In this document: piece after piece, positions 48,901 to 62,600 of the stretch
How the letters are laid out: the number at the start of each line of letters is the position of its first letter
Numbering within the stretch: the first letter of the stretch is position 1
Assembly (NCBI GenBank): GCA_964270895.1
Contig: OZ185442.1
DNA length: 64,000 bases
Strand: one strand, 5' to 3'
Origin: Podarcis filfolensis
Taxonomy: Eukaryota
The notes under the pieces: generated by a model
What the model saw: only the letters and a program-made list of their open reading frames with translations
What the model was told of the DNA's origin: nothing
Database searches by the model: none
Translations under genes and position numbers: made by a program

Positions 48901-51900
48901 AAATGGGCTTGATCAGTGGTTACAGGAAATTTGTTGTCCTTATCTAGACTATAGGATTTGGAATATTTCTACCCCTGGATTACAGTACTTCACTGTTTAC
49001 TACTTTTTGCTCTCATTGAAGTCTGCAAGGAAGGCTTACCCTCCCTTTCAGAATCAGGGCACATCTTGGATCTAGTTCCTGCTACTTCTGCTCCCACAGA
49101 ATGGGAGAAAGAGGATGGAGTGGAAAATCCAGGGTTAACATTGGAATTGTTAATTGATCCAAGACAAAAAGGAAACTTCTAAAATATGTAAAATGTCTTT
49201 TGTTGCTGATTTCAGGCCATTTATGGAGTTTCATTTGTGCCACAAACTTCAAGGCCAAGAGTTTGGGGAGTAGTTCTAGAAGACAGTTGTAAGATTTGCT
49301 ACATACCTGTGGCTGTATGTGAGTTTTAAGAGCTATATACTTCTTGTCTGTTATAGTACATTGAATATGGACAGCAGTCTAGAGATCCTCCTGTGAAGAT
49401 GCAGGGGTCAATCACCACCCCTGGAAGTATTGCACTTGCCCAGGCCCAGGCCCAGGCTCAGGTTCCGGCAAAAACTCCTCTTGCTGGTCAAGTTAGCACT
49501 ATAGTCACCACCTCTACTACCACTACTACTGTGGCAAAGACTACAATCACTCCAGTGGGTCGAGTCAGCTTCAAGAAGGATGTGCCAGTAAGTACATGAG
49601 CCATTTTACGGGAGAAAGTAGAATGAGATTACGAATGCATCAGTTCTTAGGAGTAAAACAAGGAAGATAAACCCCATCTAATGTTCATAGCATACACATA
49701 TCACATGCAAAACCTCTGATACTTTAATCACAGTTACACTGTTTTTCTTGTATGCCTAGTCTGGCCATTTTTGTTTTTTCTGTTGTTTTGCTATTAAATA
49801 TCAAGCAGTTGTTTCCTTCCCTGTGTTGGCGTTAGCTGCTTCTCCTGCTTTCTGTTCTCACTCTTAGTTCTTCCAAGCTGTTTTTAGTGGGCCAGTTTCA
49901 ACTAAGAAATCCTGCTGGGTTTCCGTTTCTGGCTGTTGTTTCTTGTACCATGAATTTCCACTTTGTTTAATGAAGTCATTTTTTTCTTTCACTATTCAGT
50001 TGCCCAAGTGAGCAAAAATCTTACTCCTCGTGTCTTATAGATTCCCAAGTTTAAGTTAACTCCTATCATTCTCTAACACATAAACTAAATGTACACTCCT
50101 TTTTGCATGTATAACTGTTGACTCCCTTTTGTAACTATTGTGAAATATTGCTTATGCTATAGCATAAGTCCATGATGGTCTGTTGTATCATTAACTGAAT
50201 CAACTCACTTCCTCAAATCATTTTTCTTGTTCTGCAGCCTTCTATTAATACAACCAACATTGACACCCTGTTAGTAGCCACAGATCAAACAGAGAGAATT
50301 GTTGAACCCCCTGAAAATGTGCAGGAAAAGATTGCTTTTATCTTCAACAACCTGTCGCAATCCAACATGACTCAGAAGGCAAGTGTTGCATAACATTTTA
50401 GTCCTGATAATTTATGTTCCTTGAGTGATTCTTATACATGTAGAGAACTAACTAGAATTATGCCTATGTATGCATGCCAAAGGTTCTTTTATTTAGCAGC
50501 CTTCCAAAATTTTAGAATTGTAAGCATAAAATAAATATAATGAATTAACATATAATAAGTAAAATCTAAAATAATTTTGGGATAGTCTTTTGTGCCTTTG
50601 GGTAGTCCTTTAAGCTGCTCATATATTGGGGAAATGTGATCAGATTTGTCTACCAAAAGATCAAAAACTTTAAACCTTATCTGCTGCCAGATTTCTGCAG
50701 GGACATTTTATCATCTGCAACTGATACTACTTAATGGAAAAAAGGCATTGCGTACACATTTATTCGATCAGGTCTCTGTATTGCATAATTGGCTCTCCAT
50801 ATTCCTAACTGAACATAAAAAGTGATGTTGGGTGCCAGACTCTGCTTACCTTAATCATTTTTTACTTGATGTAAGTTTCTTTTCATTTATGGCTTCCAAA
50901 CCATGGAAGAAGCCTAGCAAAATAACGCTTTGGCACTCCTTACAATGTTTTAATATATGCTGTAAGCCACCCAGAGTAGCTGGGGAAACCCAGCCAGATG
51001 GGTGGGATATAAATAATAAAATCATTATTAATAATAATCAAGAGAAGTATTATGCAAATCTATTTTATTTGCATGATTTCTAGAGATCTCTGAATTCTGA
51101 TTTTCTTGGCTTATAACATTTCTAGCTCAGAGTCTACATAGCATTGTTCATGATGAGTTAGTAGGAGAGGAAGAAATAAATGGCTTTACAGTAGGAAATA
51201 TATGGTTAATTGAAGTAAGCAAATCAATTAGTGATGTGGTGCTAGTTAGGTTCCAAGTCTTGGTAACTGAATGTTTTCACTGGAATGAATGCCTGGGGGT
51301 ATCACGAACATTATGTTTCATTGATCCATTTCCCTTTAACGTGTTTATGGAGCCAGGTTGAGGAACTGAAAGAAACAGTGAAAGAGGAGTTCATGCCTTG
51401 GGTTTCGCAGTACCTTGTGATGAAGAGAGTTAGTATTGAGCCAAACTTCCACAGCCTTTATTCAAATTTCCTTGACACACTTAAGAATCCAGAATTCAAC
51501 AAAATGGTTCTCAACGAAACCTACAGAAATATCAAGGTGAGTGTTTCCAGTTGCTCTTTTTTGTGACATGAACGTTAACTGAAAAATATTTGCTTTCAGG
51601 GAGGCACTGCACAGCAGGGGGGGGGGAACTTTCTCCCATGTATACCACCACCTTCATAAGATTATGCTGCTGCTGCAATAAAACAATGAACAGAGCTAGA
51701 TGCTGCTATTTTGAAAACTAATTGAACTTGATCATCAAAGTAATGTGTTGCTGGACTACCTTGATTGCTGTTTCTGTGCTACAGATGGGCCCCAGAGCAT
51801 TGTTTCCTGTTGTCCTTCAGGGACCCAAACAATTAACTCCCAAATAAGTAGTTTGCCTTTCTAGGAGAAGTGATCTCCTGAGCAAGATCACAGAGAGGAA

Positions 51901-54900
51901 AGTACTCCACATCATTTTGCTGTTTTCAGTTTGTTAAATTGATTTTTCTGCTTTTAGAGCTCATGTTGTGTTTTATTCTGTTTTTACCTTGTGTACTGCT
52001 TCGATGACTTTATGCCTTGAAGCAGTCTATAAACTAGTTTAATAATGACATATACAGGCTATATTATAAGCATTTTATCACACATGTTTTAATATATTTC
52101 TGAGATTGTTTATTTACTTCTTTCCTTTTCTTTTTCTGCTTTATAGCTATAGGCTGTATTTGGTTGACCAATAAAATTTGTTGTTTGTTTTTTGAAATAA
52201 CATTAGTCTAATTCTACAAGAAGATGGTTAATGCATTTTCATGGATTTACCATGGTTTCCTGTTAACTAAGATTTCATCTCTCTGGGGAAAAAAATCCTT
52301 CAGGTGCTACTCACATCAGATAAAGCTGCTGCCAACTTTTCGGACCGGTCCTTGCTGAAGAACCTGGGTCACTGGCTGGGGATGATCACACTGGCTAAAA
52401 ACAAACCCATCTTGCACACGGTGAGACTGGGTGGAGGAGAAAAACATAAACTGGCTTTAAGGCTAGAAACTTTAGTGCATGCTTAAATCAGCTCAATTTT
52501 TGGTGCCTTTTTATAATTAGGGGGGAAAGCTATGTAGAAAATTTACAAAAGAAAGGAATCTGATTTGTGGGTGTGAGACTGCCCATTGCTGGGTTTAATT
52601 TATACTCCTTTTATTTTAGGACTTGGATGTGAAATCCTTACTGCTGGAGGCTTATGTTAAGGGACAGCAAGAACTTCTGTATGTCGTGCCATTTGTTGCC
52701 AAAGTTTTGGAATCCAGTGTGAGAAGTGTGGTAAGTATGATGTACAGTGTCCTGTGACAAACAAGTAGACGGGATTGGTCCAAGACCCTTGGCAGCCTAA
52801 GCCAAAGCACAGGACAGTTCTCCTCCCATTGAACAGAGAGAAAACAACTGGACTTTCAGATGAATCTTAGTTTAGTACTGGGGAAAGGGGTTTTTGTTTT
52901 TGCTACTTCTTGACTGGCAGGCATGGGCAGGGAAGTAGGTGGACAGAGGTGATGACACTTCCAGACTCTTGCATATATTTGGTGTCATGTGTGTTAGTTC
53001 AAAGCAGAGGTGGGACCCTGTGGTTATTGTTGATGATAGCTGGCAGCCATTGGCATCTGGAGGCCACTGGGTTCTCCTCCTTGGCTTAAAGTTTACAGCC
53101 TCGTGTTTCCATTGTTTTGCTAACACCATTTAAATGATGTTCTAGACCCCTTTTTGAAACAGGACTGTTAACTTTATCATTCCACTCTTTTTGTAGGTTT
53201 TCCGGCCTCCAAATCCTTGGACCATGGCTATTATGAATGTACTAGCAGAGCTGCACCAGGAACATGACTTAAAAGTAAGTTTCAGTTTGCTGCTTTGAGC
53301 TCCTCAGCATTGCTTTGTTTTTGAACAACTTGTTAACAATGCATCTGTTTGAAGATTTGAGCTTAGCTAGTGAGCTGTAGCCAGTTTAATGAGAATAGAC
53401 TTTCTCCAGAAAATTACACATGTTCCAATGGTTTTCACCTCATTCAAAATATTTGCCTTGAAGCATGTAGCTCTTCAGAACTTGCCTTAAGATTTATATA
53501 GCAGGTATACATAACTAATAATTACATTATTAAACCTGAAATCATTAAATATTGTACAGCTGAATCTGAAGTTTGAAATTGAAGTGCTCTGCAAGAACCT
53601 TGCCCTTGACATCAGTGAACTGAAACCTGGGAACCTCCTAAAAGACAAAGATCGATTGAAAAGTTTGGATGAACAGCTGTCTGCTCCAAAGAAAGATGTA
53701 AAACAACCAGAAGAGCTTCCACCAATTACGACCACTAGTAAGTGTCAAGGATGATTCATACAGTCATCCTTGTATCATACAAATATAGCCTGCACCTCAC
53801 AGGGCAATTAGTAAGGAATCTTCTTTCTATTATCTGTTCTCTCTTACTCTTAATATTATTAACACTACAACTGTTTTAGCAAACCTGGAGACAGGGAATT
53901 CAGTTTAGGCCTGGGTAGAGTAACCTTTCACGAGATACCCTCCCACGTCCTGGTAATAGGAATACTACAGTAAATTCTAGTACTCATTCTGCCTGAGCAG
54001 TTCACCTAATTCCTGATTGCTTTTCAAGTGACATCTCTGATATCAAAGATAATAGCGTTGTCGGACTTAGCAGCATGACTTTAGACCTGAGCAAACACTG
54101 TCATATTGGTTGCCAAAATTCTTTTGTTTCCTATAAAACAAGTTTGTAGTATTGAATCTATGTTAGGACATACTCTGAAAACGTTTCTCCTTTTTGCTCT
54201 TGTATTTTCTCAGCTGCTTCTACAACACCAGCTACCAGCACCACTTGCACAGCTACTGTTCCCCCACAACCACAGTACAGTTACCATGACATCAATGTTT
54301 ACTCCCTGGGAGGGCTAGCTCCACACATTACGCTCAATCCAACGGTAAGCTTTTAGACCTGGTCACTTTGAGAAGACTTCCACCTTTAGGTTGGAAGGGA
54401 TAATTTTATGCTTTCTTTCAATGGTGTATAAAAAGTTGACATTGACTTTTGGTTGTTTTGCCTTCTCAGATTCCATTGTTCCAGGCCCATCCACAGTTGA
54501 AGCAGTGTGTGCGCCAAGCCATAGAGCGTGCAGTCCAAGAACTTGTCCATCCTGTGGTGGATCGGTCCATTAAAATTGCCATGACTACGTGTGAGCAGAT
54601 AGTGAGGAAGGATTTTGCACTAGATTCAGAAGAGTCCCGCATGCGTGTAGCGGCACATCACATGATGAGGAATTTGACTGCTGGTATGGCTATGATCACC
54701 TGTAGGGAGCCTTTGTTGATGAGCATAGCTACCAACCTGAAGAACAGCTTTGCCACTGCATTGCGGGTATGTTTGCAGTTTATAAGAGGCTTTTTTTTTA
54801 AGCAGAATAAGCTAAACCCATGTTTTGTGGCATTGCATTCTAGCAAGATTTGGCAGTACTCTGTTTCTCTGCAGGTAGGAGTTAGTTTCATGATGTATCT

Positions 54901-57900
54901 TAATGCCTTGCTCAGATTCAATAGTATAGAAAGGTGATGAGAATGCGGACAGAACTAGATTTGAAGTGAGATGTGTCTGCATTTAACCTACGTGTTTTTA
55001 AAAATGCAGATAGGATTAAAAGAGAAATTTTTTTGTCAGCTGGGAAGGAAAGGATTCACGTGTGCACCTTCTGCCTTCTGCAGGCCTGATAATTATTGCC
55101 TCCCCTCAGCAGCTGTTGTTTGCATCCTGAGCTATGACTTGTGCGTTGAAGATTTCTGAAGACCACGTCTCATCCGTTACCATTTTCCATTGATTGAAAT
55201 TAATAACCCATTGTTAAATCCAGTCTCAAGTTGTCTCCTTTGTTGTTCTTTACCTTTTCCTTTTTCAGTGACGTGCTGTGGAGAACTTCTGTATTTTTTC
55301 CGGGGGGGGGGGGGGGAATCCATTGTTCTATAAAATAACAGTGGATAGGGATATTGTCAGTGGATATTGTTTTTGTAGCTGGCTTGTTATTAAACTAACC
55401 ATCGTTAGTGTTAAACCACAATTCCAGGTTCAGATGAAACAGGAACCTGTGATCAGCAAAAAAAAGGAAGTGAAAACTTGCACTTCTTTTCAGCCATGCA
55501 AGAGGAGGGGAGGAGTGATGGGACAAGGGCATGGCTAGCAGGCTCATTCACATTTTGTTAAACTGTAGTTTAGACTTGTGGCCAATAAGTAGACTTTAGC
55601 ATTTGCTTTAGTTCATCTGTGAAACAATTCTGCTTGACTTCCTGAACATTTGCTATGTGGCCCATGGTTGATGCAGCAACAACTTGCAATTAAAGGCTAT
55701 TGGAAGCAAGTGAAGTTTACAACGAACACACACAGCCTTGCAGCTGTAACTGCGCTAGTTCTTCGTGGAGTGAATCGTCTTGTGTTCACTTTTCTTGGCA
55801 TTATAACAGGCATGGCATGAGAATGCCTGTTTTGATATTGAGGCTGAATAAAACCTTGCAGCACTAAGGAATGGTATGAGTAATGGCTTTACGAGAGTCT
55901 TGCCATTAGCAGATAAGAATTCTGTTGATTTGTCAGACAGCATTAATCAAGATAATTTTTCCTGATTTGTAGAAGAAACGAGAAGAAATAAGGGCAGCCT
56001 GTTACTGAAGGATCTTTCACTAAAGATCTTTTGCTGTGGTTTAGTAAAGCCATTAGTTCCAGTACATTGGTTTTTGCATTTGTGTATACTAATGAGGGAA
56101 AATATCCCATTACTGCATTTAGAGGGCACCTATGATAAGTGAGTTCAGTCCTATGCCTGGAACTTATTTCAGAAAAAAGCACATACATAGAATTGCACTA
56201 GAAGTATGTAATGTGGGGCACATGCTAATTATTTGGCAGATTTTTCCCCTTTTGTTTATATGTAGATTTTGAATGAAGCATGTAATTTGCTTGATAGTTT
56301 ACTTTATGCTAACTCCATGCAAAGCTATGCCATATTTATGAACATCTGTAACTGACATTATGAGTATTTGCCCATTGTGGGCATAGTCCTTTTTTAATGG
56401 CTTGCTTTTTAAAATAGGCAGCCTCGCCACAGCAGAGGGAGATGATGGAGCAGGCAGCAGCACAGTTAGCCCAAGATAACTGTGAGTTGGCATGCTGTTT
56501 CATTCAGAAGACAGCTGTAGAAAAAGCAGGCCCTGAAATGGACAAGAGGCTGGCCACTGTAAGTATGTTGCAGAGTTTCAGTTAAAAGTTAAATCATGTG
56601 ATTACCAAGTCATTAATCTTTTCTTCTTCTTTTTTTCCAGGAATTTGAGCTCAGAAAACATGCCAGGCAAGAGGGTCGTAGGTACTGTGATCCTGTAGTA
56701 TTGACTTATCAGGCTGAACGGATGCCAGAACAGATCAGGTTGAAGGTGCGAAATTAAGAGAATTAAAGTTATGATCAATGCCACAATATCAGTTGGGAGT
56801 CCTTGCTGGAGTCTTCTACTTATCCAAATTTTCCTACTTTCTTTTAAGGTTGGTGGAGTGGACCCAAAGCAGCTAGCCGTTTATGAAGAATTTGCACGTA
56901 ATGTTCCTGGTTTCTTACCAACCAATGACTCAACCCAACCCACAGGAATCCTAGCTCAGCCTATGAAGGTAGAAATCCAGTTGAGATGGTTGAAGTGATT
57001 CTGAGGTTAAAGTAAATTACACTGTGACCATTTATTTTACAAGTTATTGGGAGGCTTCCAGAAAATAGTGAGGTTGCTTATTGTTTGGGCTTCTCTTCAA
57101 AGCTATACAGTCTAATAGTATTATTTGAAAGTCAGAATGAAATGCCACACAAAGAAATTTAGATTATGAACTCTGTAGGAGCTAATAACGTAAACCAGTT
57201 CACTGATTCCCCCCCCTTTTAATCCATGACGATTTATCAAACACTTAATACTTTGTTTCATTATAAACTGTTCACAATAAAATCTGCAGATGATTTGCTG
57301 TTTTAGCTAAATGTTAAATGTAAAAAGTACCAGCCAATATTGCTGGTGAAAGCAGTAATGGAATGAAAAAGTTATTAAGAAATCTGTCATGATAAATGGT
57401 CAGAATTCTCATTCATTAGCATTCATTTAACTAATAAAGTATTCTTGATTTCTTTTAAATCAGCAAGCCTGGGCAACAGATGATGTAGCACAGATCTATG
57501 ATAAATGTATGGCAGAACTGGAGCAGCACCTTCAGTCCATTCCTCACACCCTGTCTATGAATCCACAGACTCAAGCCTTACGAAGCCTCTTGGAGGCTGT
57601 TGTTGTGGCTCGTAATTCTCGTGATGCTATTGCAGCCCTTGGACTGCTACAGAAGGTTTGTGTATGAACTTGCTTCATTATATATCTGTGACTCCTGGGC
57701 CATGGAGAGAGGCTCACTTTATCCAAGGCTTTCTACTCTAGAAAGATGCACACAGTTACAACATTAAACTACTTGAACTGAGCACAGGATCAGAACAGTC
57801 AGGATTGAATACAGATTATTCTGGGAAAATGCATACTGTTTAAGAAAAGCTGCCTTCCAAGTTGTGAGGAAGGATCTTTCTATAGTGGATACAGCGGTTC

Positions 57901-59648
57901 CTCCTGCCACCTGCTGTTTTTTGCTGTTTTTTCTGGGCTGTTGTGTAGGAGGCTTTAAAAACAGTTGCTTGGGAATGTCTGTCATTAGAAGCCTTTTTAC
58001 CACCCAATTGCCGCATTCCCTTGTGGGCTACTCTTCCAAAGCTTGAGTGCTGGTGGTGAGCATTGTTGGAGGCAAAAGTACAAGGAGCGACAGCGATGAT
58101 GATGATAATGGGCTGCATTCATACTATGCAAAAGCCACCGAATGCATTGTCTCCCGAGAGCAAAACAGTTTGATTCCTCTCCAAATGACTCAGTAAGATG
58201 TTGCTTTTAAGTGTTTGCTCCTCTTCCTACAGGCAGTTGAAGGTTTGTTAGATGCCACCAGTGGTGCAGATGCTGACCTCCTCCTCCGCTACCGGGAATG
58301 TCACTTGCTTGTTTTAAAAGCACTGCAGGATGGCCGTGCTTATGGGTCTCCATGGTGCAACAAGCAGATTACAAGGTCAGTGATGAAAGAATAAAGCTTT
58401 GAAGGCTGTAGTAGCTCTATTTAAATACGATTATTTAAATATATTCTGATTTTGGCCAACATAAGAATTTCACCTAGTAAGTTACTTCCCTGTATCCCAC
58501 TAAGTTACATAATGAGTTGCATGATAAGTGCCATATGGATTCAGTAGTCAAGGGTTTGGGGCTTTCTCCTGAAATAGGATATTGGTGTGAGAATTAAGTT
58601 GGGTGATAAAAGAGGCAAACTAAATACCATTCATGCAACTTAAACAAAACTGACCCCTGGTCTGGATTGAGAGTCTGGTGTGGCAGCGGGGCTTAAAACA
58701 TTTGTGTCCCGTCCCCCCATTGCAGTTTCTATTTGAATTGGAGAGCCATAACCTGCTACCTTCATTCAGAGATCAACTTCCATTCATGCAGTGGAAGTTT
58801 CATTAAACTGTGGCAGGTGCAGGGGACATGAGCCGTACTAGGGCCCCAATTCAGATCCCTACCCTATTTGCTTTTCTTTTAAAAAAAAGCCACTCACACA
58901 ACTGCTAGTTTCATCTGGTTTGGATCTAAAACTTGCAGTATGAATATTTTTAGATTCCTAAAATAGTTATTCTATGACTTTGTGGTTTTACATTGTTATA
59001 AGCTTTTGTGAATGGGGCAGCTGGACTTTAATCTGCTCCTTCATCTTCAGCTACAAAGTCTGTTGGCTTTCTTAACATGGGGCAGTTACAGTCAGCTGGT
59101 GTTTCTGAAATGAATGTGTGGAATAATTGGAGAGGAAGCTACCTCTCTGTGTGTTTTGAAACTTGAGACTGAGGAGAAAACAAAGTTAACACAAGAAAAC
59201 ATCTAATTTTTCCAGGTGCCTGATAGAATGTCGAGATGAATATAAATACAATGTAGAAGCAGTGGAGCTACTGATCCGTAACCACCTAGTTAACATGCAG
59301 CAGTATGACCTCCACCTGGCTCAGGTGAGATACTGCCGCCAAGTTAGTTATTAAATCTCTGCTTATGCTTTAGAAGGAAAACTGTTCACATTCTTGCCTC
59401 CTTTTTCTTGACAGTCAATGGAGAATGGCTTGAACTACATGGCAGTGGCATTTGCAATGCAGCTGGTGAAAATCCTCTTGGTGGATGAAAGAAGTGTTGC
59501 TCACATAACAGAAGCAGATCTGTTTCACACCATTGAAACTTTGATGAGAATTAATGCTCACTCCAGAGGGAATGCACCAGAAGGGTAATGTTAAGAGTGT
59601 TGAGTGCCAGTGAAGGAATGTTTCCTGCTAGTGCAAGTTTGGCAGTGG

Positions 59649-59694
<46 letters not shown>

Positions 59695-62600
59695 GTGAGG
59701 CTCTGCCATTCCTGTCCACTCCTTTTACCTTGTGGGATCACTGTGTAATATCTACTGTGCTTCAGAGTGCCATCCCCCACCCAGTCCTGAATCTCCATTT
59801 TTAACGAACTATGTAGAGTGTCATCTACAAAATACAAGCCTTCTTTAACCATTGTTAACTTTTCTACTTAATCCAGGCACAACTTTGATTTATTATGGCC
59901 CATTGCACATTTACTTCTGATTTAGAATCATACCACATATTTGGAAGTACCATGTGATAAGTCTTTTGAGACTGTTGCCACTTTAGCAACAATAGTCAGG
60001 GGAGATTTGAATGCTCTTCCACATCAGAAACTTGGTGAACGTATAAAAAAATTGCCACCTTGGGGAAAAGACTAGAATCCCTTTCTCTGGTTTGCAGTTT
60101 TCCAGTGTTTAGGGAGTTGCACATATTGAGGAACATTCAGACATGGATTCTCCCACCTACTTTCTGAAATTGCCACCTGGTAGTTTAGAATATGTAATTC
60201 AAACCTTAAGTTTGCTGCAGGCTGGACTGACATGCCTTTTTAGGCCTGCAGTATTAGGCATGGTTTTGTGGAAGCACGCCCTGGTGTGACACCTTCAAAT
60301 CTTCATTCTGGAAGGTAGTGATGATTACACTGAGGGTGTAGTAATAAGTGACAGATCAAAGGTTTTGAAAAGCAATATACCCACCATCTCTGAAGCACTT
60401 GTAGTCCACTCTCCTAGATGTCTTGGGCTGAAGGACAGAGGCCATTCTTTTCTGTTCTTGCCCAACTACAGCAGATCCATTCCCTAATGCCAGGCACTAG
60501 ACTAGGTCACCTCACTTTTTATCTCCAAATTTATCTGGCAGTAATAGGGCACAGTTCATTCAGATTCTTACTGTGTTTCTTTGAAGCTTATGTCTTGGAG
60601 CCATTGTGGGTTAGTGGATGGCATGTTGGACTTAAAGCTAGGCTACTTTGGTTCAAAGGTCTGCTGAACCAAGATGCCAACTGGGCTCCCAACTCTTGCC
60701 CCTAAACCATGTCATAGTTTTGGTTGCAATAATATAATAACATCTCGCATGCTATCTCTGTGGGACAAGGATGTGATGCAAATGTTTGAAATACAATGCT
60801 GTTTATTGTGGGCTATTTTTTAAAAATTATGCACATAGCACAAGTAATCTAAACCCAAGCATGTTCGTTCTGGATCTCTCATAGGTTGCCCCAGCTGATG
60901 GAAGTGGTACGGTCCAACTATGAAGCCATGATTGACCGTGCTCATGGAGGGCCAAATTTCATGATGCATTCTGGGATCTCTCAGGCCTCTGAGTATGATG
61001 ATCCCCCTGGCCTGAGGGAGAAGGCAGAATATCTCCTGAGGGAGTGGGTGAATCTCTACCACTCTGCAGCAGCTGGGCGTGACAGCACCAAAGCATTCTC
61101 TGCATTTGTTGGACAGGTAGAGCTTGGGGAAAGAAAGGTGCTTTTTATTCAACATAAGTAGGTTATGATGCCCTTGGATCAAGTAGAGTACTATGTAATA
61201 TCGATTTCCCCTTTTTAAAAATTCCACTTTGCATGATGGCAGTACGTGCAACATGTCATATCAGTGTAGTGAAACGTGTTAGTAAATACTTGTTTGTTTA
61301 TGCTAGCCAGTATCATGATGCTGGGGGCTCTCCACTGCATCCACTAGGAGGTTGTGTTCTTTAAATGAAGAAAGACCTGGCTGAGAGGGACTGCATGCCA
61401 TGGGGCGGTGGTCAGCAAGGAAAAGATTCCCAGTGCCCCACAGACTCTTTGGGTTTCTCAGGGTGGAGGATGTGTCCTTGCTCCAAGGAGAGAAACCTAA
61501 GAAGCTAGGACAGAGCACGTACCTGAGCAGCAGCTGCCACCGCCAGTGGGCACTTCGTGCAGCTCTTGACAGTCCCGAGGGTCTTCCACTCATTTATTTT
61601 GTGCCCAAAGGAAGCAGATGTAGAGGTCATGTGGGATATGCTCCAAGAAGAATCCCTGTGCCCTAAGGGTGTGGCCTTGGGTCAACCACCCTGAAGGGGA
61701 GGGTGACTGCCACCAGCCAGGTATGGCCACTGCTTGTACACTAATGCAGTTTCCTTAACTCAGTTTCTCCCCCCGCCCCCGGTGACTCTATGTTACAGAT
61801 GTTAGAGAGGTGTTTGCAAAAGCTAGAATCTCTTTACATATGTAGGCATGGAATATGGCATTTTTTACTCCGCTACCACATTCGTCCTTCAGAGGTGCCA
61901 AAACTTCTTTGCTGCCTTATTTTAGTTGCATTTCAAGTAGCCACTCCACTGCCTGCATATGAGAATAAAGTAAATTGCAGGTCCTCTTCCAGATAGAAAT
62001 GTATTTATTAAGACTGCAAAAACAGTGGTACTTGCCATTAAAGTTTTGCCTTGTTGGTGTATGGAGCACTTTGAAAACAGTGGCTATGAAAACTATTCAG
62101 TACTATCGAGGACAGCAAAATTACACATGCCTTTCCCCCCAGATCCCTAGACAGCTACCCAAAAAAGTTGCAGTGTCTCTGAAATGCAACATAATTTGCC
62201 TAAATAATGCACAAGTAAAACTGATAAACCTGTGTAGGGAATAAACTGAAAATCAGGTCTGCCTTCAGTGTTACGTTGACCCCTGCAAAATGCCAGAGTG
62301 AATGGATCACTGATGAATGGAGCCCTGTTGTTCAGTAGCAGAATTTTCTGCTCATATTTGCCACTTTAGTTGCTCTGCATTTTAGAGATTATTGCTTATG
62401 AGAAGCGTTTTGAATGCTTTCATAATGAGAATTTCATCCTGAATAACCATTGCTTTAAAAATTGTGATATCAGATCTTGCAAGTGACTGAAATACCTATT
62501 GACAGACTACTTATGAAACCGACAGGAGTAGCAATCCATTCTCATGTGCCTACATTCCTAAGAGGGGTAGTCTTAACCCTCCTACACCATGTAGCTTCCC

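Noticed and set aside
49004-49062. Hairpin ending in ACA-TCT in intron 22
   Set aside because: No upstream H box or 5' hairpin.
50151-50168. 18-bp perfect palindrome CTTATGCTATAGCATAAG
   Set aside because: Isolated, with no supporting context; not interpretable.
50606-50707. Hairpin followed by AGATCA and a later ACA in intron 24
   Set aside because: The second hairpin is too short for an H/ACA RNA and no rRNA antisense element is evident.
61400-61666. 88-aa ORF in intron 39
   Set aside because: No convincing flanking splice sites or homology; probably a repeat remnant.
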